Source: Synechococcus elongatus PCC 6301 (GTDB lineage: Bacteria > Cyanobacteriota > Cyanobacteriia > Synechococcales > Synechococcaceae). Taken from it: a stretch of DNA of 32,000 bases. A program made the translations under genes and the position numbers. The DNA lies in NCBI RefSeq assembly GCF_000010065.1, contig NC_006576.1:2370001-2402000 (forward strand), read 5' to 3'. The notes under the pieces were generated by a model, which was not told the origin of the DNA, made no database searches, and saw only the letters and a list, made by a program, of their open reading frames with translations. This document shows, piece by piece, positions 26,223 to 32,000 of the stretch (position 1 is its first letter; every line of letters begins with the position of its first letter).

Positions 26223-27686
26223 CTAAAGTAGAACTGGAACAATAGTATTCAGATCAAACTGCGACCGCAGCAGAAACTGAACGAGAGACTCCGAAGTTGA
26301 TTGTCTGTGTTTCTGATAGCGCTTTAAAACCTCTGTTATGAATGAGATGACCTGATGAAAACTCAGGCTGGGACCTGAGATTCGATCAAAGCGATCGCTA
26401 TCTCCAAAGAAGATATTATATCGTTCGTTTGGCTTTTGCTCTTCAGGAGAATCAGCTGCAAGAATCGTAATCTCTGCTGGACTTGACTGAGCACAAAACT
26501 TAGAACAAGCACTGATATGAATATTAATTGGATCGAGTGCTTGGCAAACTTGATCAATGGCTTGTTGCAACCGTTCTGCAAGAGGTTGCGTTGGAACTAT
26601 TGCTGCTTGACAAACAGGGTGACCCGCACAAGCAATGATCACAGGTTCTTTAGCAGTTGTTGCAAAGCCTAACTCTTGGAACCGCTGCTGAGCCTCGATT
26701 ACTTCACTCTTGTTTAGGTTGGGAACGATGAGGCTTTGCCAGGGTGTTAACCGTATCTCTTGGCAGTTTAGGGCTTCTAGAATTTGAATTAAAGCTGTGA
26801 GTTGTAAACCTGTGATCTGGCCAAGAAAAGAACGAATGCCCAGATAAAAAAGATCTGGATTGCTTTGGGGATAAAAGCCAAACTGTCGATAGGGCTGGCT
26901 GACTGGAAGCGATTGTTGAGTTGTCTCTAGAGACTGTCGCGATCGCTCTTGGATGACTTGTAAGAATTGCTCTAATCCCCAACTTTCGATCAGTGAGTGC
27001 AAACGGGGTTTACCTTGCCGACCTGCCTTCACTTCTTGGTTGCTATATTCGTAATAAATCGCAGTCAGTGTAGCAATCGTTGGGAGTAGCTGATCAGGAG
27101 TGATGATGTAACCAGTATCAATTAGCTGTTTTTTAACTGCCAGTTGTAGTAGAAAGGGAATCTCTTGCTGATTGGTCTGAATAGCAGTCAGTTGAACATC
27201 ATTCAGACGATGTTCCCAGGCAACAGGCGATCGCGTGCCAATACCGACAGATCCACCCCCATCTAGACCAATGCTGAACTTAGCGGAAAGTTCACCATAT
27301 TCAGGATGTTGTTGCAAAAACTGATCGATCTGTTGAATATATGGGCGAGTGTCGAGCAGCTCTTCTGGGTCAATCCCTGCGGTGGGACTAGCCATCAAAT
27401 TGCGGAGGTGATCGGTCTGCGGATGAGTTGCTGCTAAACCAACGGCTTGCAGCTGATTCAGCTCAGACGAATCGATCGCTCGTTGAACACCGCGAATTTG
27501 CAGATTAGCGCGATTGGTAACCTGCACCTGATCGCACTGAAGCGTTGTTAGTAAATTGGCAATAACTTTTAGCTGGTTTAGATGTAGAGTCCCAGCAGGA
27601 ATGCGAATACGCAGTAAAAAACCATCCTGAGCCCGAGTGCCATAAAATACCCCCGGGCAAGCATTCGCTTGTGTCAACCAACTCAT
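26223..27686 (-). CDS. cobG: Precorrin-3B synthase-like (CobG), siroheme/4Fe-4S nitrite-sulfite reductase family
   Basis: CPGVFYGTRAQDGFLLRIRIPAGTL...CDQVQVTNRANLQIRG...NLMASPTAGIDPEELLDTRP...; CxxxxxC (CAGHPVC) and CxxxC (CSKFC) cluster motifs. Confidence 0.88.
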   Translation of the reverse strand: MSWLTQANACPGVFYGTRAQDGFLLRIRIPAGTLHLNQLKVIANLLTTLQCDQVQVTNRANLQIRGVQRAIDSSELNQLQAVGLAATHPQTDHLRNLMASPTAGIDPEELLDTRPYIQQIDQFLQQHPEYGELSAKFSIGLDGGGSVGIGTRSPVAWEHRLNDVQLTAIQTNQQEIPFLLQLAVKKQLIDTGYIITPDQLLPTIATLTAIYYEYSNQEVKAGRQGKPRLHSLIESWGLEQFLQVIQERSRQSLETTQQSLPVSQPYRQFGFYPQSNPDLFYLGIRSFLGQITGLQLTALIQILEALNCQEIRLTPWQSLIVPNLNKSEVIEAQQRFQELGFATTAKEPVIIACAGHPVCQAAIVPTQPLAERLQQAIDQVCQALDPINIHISACSKFCAQSSPAEITILAADSPEEQKPNERYNIFFGDSDRFDRISGPSLSFHQVISFITEVLKRYQKHRQSTSESLVQFLLRSQFDLNTIVPVLL

Positions 27687-27694
27687 CGCGATCG

Positions 27695-27717
27695 CCTTCT
27701 CTGTGCTGCGCAGAGAA
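27695..27717 (-). promoter_or_regulatory. Hairpin abutting the cobG Shine-Dalgarno (putative riboswitch expression platform)
   Basis: Plus-strand TTCTCTGTGCTGCGCAGAGAA (27697-27717) folds as 9 bp (one G-U) with a 3-nt loop; on the minus strand the 3' arm runs into GAGAAGG, 8 nt before the cobG ATG. Confidence 0.5.
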
Positions 27718-27744
27718 CTTCAGCAAATGAGTGTCTTTTCGACA

Positions 27745-27930
27745 CTCCTCAAGGCTGGCATTCTGACTCCATGGGCTTCTAGATATCTCTATCAAGAGCA
27801 ATCACATTGATAGCCGATTGTGATACCTAAAAGTTGATTACAGTTGCGGCACAGTACCGGAATCACACCGGACTTTCCCAATCCTTAAGTCTCAGCAGCA
27901 TAGCATGGGGCTGGTCACTGCTTGCGGGAG
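27745..27930 (-). promoter_or_regulatory. Cobalamin (adenosylcobalamin) riboswitch aptamer upstream of the cobG operon
   Basis: Minus strand carries ...GGGAAAGTCCGGTGTGATTCCGGTACTGTGCCGCAACTGTAATC... and, ~60 nt later, the B12-box-like GCCCATGGAGTCAGAATGCCAGCC; the ends pair as P1 (CTCC-CG-CAAG with CTTG-A-GGAG). Confidence 0.9.
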
Positions 27931-27950
27931 CATTACTTTTTACGAAGACA

Positions 27951-29180
27951 ATGGATACTCCTTCCTTAACTCCGTGGCTATCGATCGTTGGGATTAGCGA
28001 AGAAGGATGGCTGGCCCTAACCCCGATCGCACAGCAATGTATCCTGCAAGCCGACATTCTCGTGGGCAGCGATCGCCATTTTGATCTTCTGCCTTCCCTG
28101 CCAGGTGCGGAACAATGGCGCTGGGGATCCCCGTTTTCCGCCACGATCACCCAAATCCTCGAGCGGCGCGGCCAATCTATTTGCATCCTCGCCAGTGGCG
28201 ACCCAATGTGCTACGGCGTTGGGAGTTTGCTGGCACAACGCTTGCCGCTGACTGAACTCCAGATTCTGCCTGCACCCTCGGCCTTTAGTTTGGCCTGCTC
28301 TCGCTTGGGCTGGGCTTTGCCGGAAGTGGAAACCCTGAGCCTTTGCGGTCGCGATCCAGCGTTACTTAACGCGCTACTTTATCCTGGCGCCAAGATTTTG
28401 GCCCTCAGTGCCGATCGCTCGACTCCAGCCACGATCGCAGAGCAACTCTGTCAGCAGGGCTGGGGGTCAAGTCGGCTCACGGTTTTAGAACATCTGGGCG
28501 GCCCTAAGGAGCGAAAAATTAGTGAAATAGCCGAGCACTGGTCTCAGCCCACGATCGCCTCTCTCAACACCGTGGCGATTGAATGCCATGCCCGCGATCG
28601 CGACTTGATTGTGCCGCCCCGCCTGACTGGACTGCCTGATGCGGCCTACCACCATGATGGGCAACTGACCAAACGGGAAGTGCGAGCGATCACGCTAGCT
28701 GCGCTAGCTCCCCTGCCCGGCCAACTGCTCTGGGATGTGGGTGCCGGCTGTGGGTCGATCGGCATTGAATGGATGCGTAGCGATCGCCGCTGTCGAGCGA
28801 TCGCCATTGAGCAGCATCCGCAGCGGCTGCAAATCATTACACAGAATGCGATCGCCCTCGGGGTTCCGAACCTGCAAGTGGTTGCCGGTTCAGCACCGGC
28901 TACGCTGAGTGGCTTGCCCCAACCGGATGCCATCTTCATCGGTGGCGGTGTCACTGCTCCAGGTGTGCTCGATCAATGCTGGCAAGCGCTGCCGATGGGT
29001 GGGCGGCTAGTTGTTAACGCCGTTACCCTCGAAAGCGAGCAAGTCGTTTTGGCTGGACAGCAGCGCTGGGGGGGAGATTTAATCCGTGTGGCGGTGCAGC
29101 GAGCGGAACCGATCGGCCGCTTTCTCGGCTGGAAATCGCTGGCACCGATCACGCAATGGACGGTCAAAAAAACAGCCTAG
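27951..29180 (+). CDS. cbiET: Bifunctional precorrin-6Y C5,15-methyltransferase (decarboxylating), CbiE-CbiT fusion (CobL-like)
   Basis: WLSIVGISEEGWLALTPIAQQCILQADILVGSDRH... (CbiE) and LTKREVRAITLAALAPLPGQLLWDVGAGCGSIGIEWMRSDRRCRAIAIE (CbiT). ATG 27951 preferred; the track start 27834 (TTG) would lie inside the antisense riboswitch. Confidence 0.93.
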   Translation: MDTPSLTPWLSIVGISEEGWLALTPIAQQCILQADILVGSDRHFDLLPSLPGAEQWRWGSPFSATITQILERRGQSICILASGDPMCYGVGSLLAQRLPLTELQILPAPSAFSLACSRLGWALPEVETLSLCGRDPALLNALLYPGAKILALSADRSTPATIAEQLCQQGWGSSRLTVLEHLGGPKERKISEIAEHWSQPTIASLNTVAIECHARDRDLIVPPRLTGLPDAAYHHDGQLTKREVRAITLAALAPLPGQLLWDVGAGCGSIGIEWMRSDRRCRAIAIEQHPQRLQIITQNAIALGVPNLQVVAGSAPATLSGLPQPDAIFIGGGVTAPGVLDQCWQALPMGGRLVVNAVTLESEQVVLAGQQRWGGDLIRVAVQRAEPIGRFLGWKSLAPITQWTVKKTA

Positions 29181-29198
29181 GCGATCGCGCCTAAGCTG
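29166..29198 (-). terminator. Rho-independent terminator of the sigma factor gene
   Basis: Minus strand: CAGC-T-TAGGCG-CGAT-CGCCTA-G-GCTG immediately followed by TTTTTTT (plus-strand A7 at 29166-29172); 10 bp with one mismatch, 4-nt loop. Confidence 0.85.
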
Positions 29199-29233
29199 CT
29201 TAAGACAGACAGGAGGACTGGACAGGGAAGCGA

Positions 29234-30430
29234 CTAGTGCAACAACTCCAAATAGTCACGGATCTGATTGCGTCGTCGCGGATGCCGCAGCTTTTGCAGG
29301 GCCTTAGCCTCAATCTGGCGAACTCGCTCACGCGATAGGTCGAGCACTTGCCCAATTTCAGCGAGGGAATAAATCTGCCCATCGCGCAGACCAAACCGCA
29401 TCCGAATTACATCGCGTTCGCGGTGATTGAGTTCGAGCAATAACCGCTGCAGATCATTGCTGAGGGATTCCTGAGTCAATCGTTCTTCTGGGGTGAAATC
29501 GGTGGTTTCCAGCAAATCCCCTAGCTCCGTATCCTTTTCCTTGCCAACACGGGTTTCTAGGGAAATCGATTTGGGCACCCGCAACAGGACTTCCCGCACT
29601 TGATCGGGGGTCATCTCAAGTTCTTGAGCAATCTCCTCAAGGTTGGCAGTTCTGCCCTTTGTTTGCGCAATTTTGCGCTGGGCTTTTTTGATCCGGTTTA
29701 ATTTCTCCGTCACATGGACGGGCAAGCGAATCGTCCGACTTTGGGTTGCGATCGCGCGGGTAATTCCCTGACGAATCCACCAATAGGCATAGGTACTAAA
29801 TCGATAGCCTTTCGTCGGGTCGAACTTCTCAACAGCCCGCTCTAGTCCTAGGGTGCCTTCTTGAACGAGATCGAGAAGCTCTAGTCCTCGGTTTTGATAT
29901 TTTTTAGCGACGGAAACAACTAAACGGAGGTTGGCCTTGATCATGTGATCTTTAGCTCGCTGGCCTTCTTTGCAGACCTGCTTTAATTCCTCAAGATCGA
30001 GCTGGCAGACTTCAGCCCAGCGATGCAGCCCCAGTTGTAGTGCTTGGCGTAATTCAGTCAAGGAACAATCGACAATCTTGGCCCAAGCTTCAAAGGAAGG
30101 ACGGTGACCCAGCTGCGCGGTCAGGCGATCGCGGCCTTCCTGCAGGTCAACGTAATCCTTGAGAACCCCTCCTTCTTCAACGGCGACGCAATTCCGAACC
30201 GCCAACAACTGCATGTAGCGCTGCACCCACCGTGCCTCACTCACCTCTTCATCGCGCCCAAGGAGACGGACTCGCCCGATGTCTTGTAAATACAGCCGAA
30301 TCAGATCGGTTGACTGGCGGCTAGAGACCGCTGTTTCCACGGCTTCAGAACTTGGAGTTTCTGACAAGTTAGCGACGTCAGACGAAACTGCTTCGTATTC
30401 CGTGGAATGAGTGAAATAGGCAGCCGTCAT
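29234..30430 (-). CDS. sigC: RNA polymerase sigma factor, RpoD/SigA-like group 2, probably SigC type
   Basis: DLIRLYLQDIGRVRLLGRDEEVSEA...KDHMIKANLRLVVSVAKKYQNRGLELLDLVQEGTLGLERAVEKFDPTKGYRFSTYAYWWIRQGITRAIATQSRTIRLPVHV...DLSRERVRQIEAKALQKLR. The sigma-70 call is firm; the SigC subgroup is from recall of the 'RVRLLGRDEEVSEA' motif. Confidence 0.9.
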   Translation of the reverse strand: MTAAYFTHSTEYEAVSSDVANLSETPSSEAVETAVSSRQSTDLIRLYLQDIGRVRLLGRDEEVSEARWVQRYMQLLAVRNCVAVEEGGVLKDYVDLQEGRDRLTAQLGHRPSFEAWAKIVDCSLTELRQALQLGLHRWAEVCQLDLEELKQVCKEGQRAKDHMIKANLRLVVSVAKKYQNRGLELLDLVQEGTLGLERAVEKFDPTKGYRFSTYAYWWIRQGITRAIATQSRTIRLPVHVTEKLNRIKKAQRKIAQTKGRTANLEEIAQELEMTPDQVREVLLRVPKSISLETRVGKEKDTELGDLLETTDFTPEERLTQESLSNDLQRLLLELNHRERDVIRMRFGLRDGQIYSLAEIGQVLDLSRERVRQIEAKALQKLRHPRRRNQIRDYLELLH

Positions 30431-31240
30431 GGTGAATATCCAGTTTATTACAGGGATAACGACTGGCTGGAGCGATGCAATATTTTGCCGTCGACTTCAA
30501 GGCCAGTGCTTATCTGGAAAATAGTCTCTCTATAAAAAATAAAATTCTTGCCAGTGCCCCAGCTCTCTTTAGATTTTGGCCAAAATGTAAGTCCTCGGTA
30601 AAGCCCAGATGTTGCTTTGATATTTGCCCAGTTCAGTGCTTGGTTTCTTGAACTTTTGTATCCCTCTAGCTCACCATTGAGAACCATCAAGAATTCTGAG
30701 AAAACATGTGGCATCAACGCTGAGTTTGCATTGTTGGCGATCGCTCGTCTGAAATGACTCCCCTACTCGGAATCCAGCCTAGAGGGCCATTGCGGCTTTG
30801 CCCTAGGAGAATCGTGATTCTATGAGTGAGCCTCTGGGCTCTGGGGGCGCTGGAAAGGGTGCTTGCCTGCTGGCTTGGGGCTGTTAGAGCTGCAAAAATC
30901 TTTCTCAATGCGGCGTCCAGCCCCGCTTGGCTGTATTCTTGTTTCTCGACAGCGCCGAGTATGATGGAGGTTCCCCGCAATTCCCAGGAATGGGTCGGAA
31001 CTCTTTAGCGCTTCATGCTCTTCATTTCCCTGTATGACGCAGCAGCTCGTAAAATCTGTGAGCAAAACTGGTTTTCGCTGGTGCTTCTCGAGCAGGTTTA
31101 GAGTCTTGGCATGATGGACAGAAGCGCGAGTCTACAGAAGCTGTCATTACCAAAACTCTGTGTGCCGATGCGCCGCCAGACAATGGGCGCAGAGTTGTCT
31201 GCTTTCGCTATCGATGCTGTTTGGGGTTAGGAGGTTGTCA

Positions 31241-32000
31241 TTGTCACAGGGCTATCGCGTTGCAATTCTTGGAGCGACCGGTGCAGTTGGCACTGAGCTA
31301 CTGCAGATCCTAGAAGAGCGTCAGTTTCCGATCGCTGAGTTACGGCTGTTAGCTTCCCCTCGTTCTGCGGGCCAAACCCTGACTTTTGCAGGAGAAACGC
31401 TGACGATCCAAGAAGCGACTCCCAGCGCCTTCCAAGGTCTTGATATCGTCTTAGCCTCCGCGGGGGGCAGCACCTCCAAAGCGTTGGCAGAAGCGATCGT
31501 GGCTGCGGGTGCTGTCATGATCGATAACTCCAGCGCCTTTCGGATGGATCCGACAGTCCCCTTAGTAGTGCCTGAGGTCAATCCAGAAGCCGCAGCCCAG
31601 CACCAAGGCATCATCGCTAACCCTAACTGCACGACAATTTTGATGGCGATCGCGCTGTGGCCGTTGCAGCAGCGCCATCCGATCCGCCGGATTGTGGTCT
31701 CCACCTACCAATCGGCTAGTGGTGCTGGGGCGCGGGCGATGGCAGAAGTCCAAGAGCAAAGCCGAGCCATTCTTGCCGGTCAACCCGCGATCGCTGAAAT
31801 CCTGCCCTATCCCTTGGCTTTCAACCTCTTCCCCCACAACTCGCCTCTGACTGAGTCGGGCTACTGCGAAGAAGAGCTGAAGATGCTCAACGAAAGTCGT
31901 AAGATTTTTGGCCTGCCCGACCTTAAGCTGACGGCTACCTGTGTGCGAGTGCCTGTGCTGCGTGCTCACTCAGAAGCCATTAACGTCGAATTCACGGAGC
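31241..32000 (+). CDS. asd: Aspartate-semialdehyde dehydrogenase, N-terminal part (runs off window; absent from the supplied ORF track)
   Basis: TTG start at 31241, 6 nt after AGGAGG-like TAGGAGG; my translation: MSQGYRVAILGATGAVGTELLQILEERQFPIAELRLLASPRSAGQTLTFAGE...SSAFRMDPTVPLVVPEVNPEAA...GIIANPNCTTILMAIAL; open to base 32000. Confidence 0.95.
   Translation, partial: MSQGYRVAILGATGAVGTELLQILEERQFPIAELRLLASPRSAGQTLTFAGETLTIQEATPSAFQGLDIVLASAGGSTSKALAEAIVAAGAVMIDNSSAFRMDPTVPLVVPEVNPEAAAQHQGIIANPNCTTILMAIALWPLQQRHPIRRIVVSTYQSASGAGARAMAEVQEQSRAILAGQPAIAEILPYPLAFNLFPHNSPLTESGYCEEELKMLNESRKIFGLPDLKLTATCVRVPVLRAHSEAINVEFTE

Noticed and set aside
30714-31065. Overlapping small ORFs on both strands in the sigC-asd gap, considered as a frameshifted pseudogene
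   Set aside because: No recognisable motif in any frame and no convincing frame-to-frame continuation; kept only as part of the structured intergenic finding.
31321-31969. Two minus-strand ORFs near the window end
   Set aside because: Both are antisense to the asd reading frame, which has unmistakable family motifs.
1-32000. Frequent GCGATCGC palindromes considered as possible mobile or defence-related repeats
   Set aside because: These match HIP1, a well-known dispersed octamer of many cyanobacterial genomes; only their absence or special placement is reported.
1-32000. Search for a new defence, toxin-antitoxin, secretion or biosynthetic island
   Set aside because: Almost all space is filled by recognisable core genes; no clusters of unknown genes, integrases, tRNA-linked insertions or toxin-like pairs were seen.

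Overview
This 32 kb window looks like chromosomal DNA of a unicellular cyanobacterium close to Synechococcus elongatus. That is an inference from repeated HIP1 palindromes (GCGATCGC), a Tic22-like gene, heme oxygenase and a cyanobacterial sigma factor. The content is mostly housekeeping genes: TldE/PmbA C-terminus, TrmL, a histidine kinase/OmpR-type regulator pair, a YHS protein, an RND efflux pair, a FAD-binding photolyase-like protein next to a separate photolyase N-domain-like protein, a DUF1824-like protein, NAD kinase, Sua5/YrdC, PrmC, a Tic22-like protein, an orphan substrate-binding lipoprotein, a REC-LuxR regulator, a PAS-GGDEF-EAL protein, heme oxygenase, a 3-hydroxyisobutyrate-dehydrogenase-like protein, TadA, a corrin-ring operon (cobG-cobH-cobI-cbiG/cobJ-cobB) with divergent cbiET, a SigC-like sigma factor, and the start of asd. 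I saw no CRISPR array, transposon, prophage, rRNA/tRNA or clear new multi-gene system. The items most worth a second look are: (1) a cobalamin riboswitch (minus strand, ~27745-27930) packed between divergent cobG and cbiET, with a hairpin touching the cobG Shine-Dalgarno; (2) a two-gene 'split' photolyase/cryptochrome-like pair in inverted domain order; (3) a sigC intrinsic terminator with HIP1 at its apex and its U-tract encoded inside the opposing cbiET stop region; (4) a hairpin-rich, unexplained ~0.8 kb region between sigC and asd; (5) a 3.8 kb HIP1-free block over the two-component/YHS genes.
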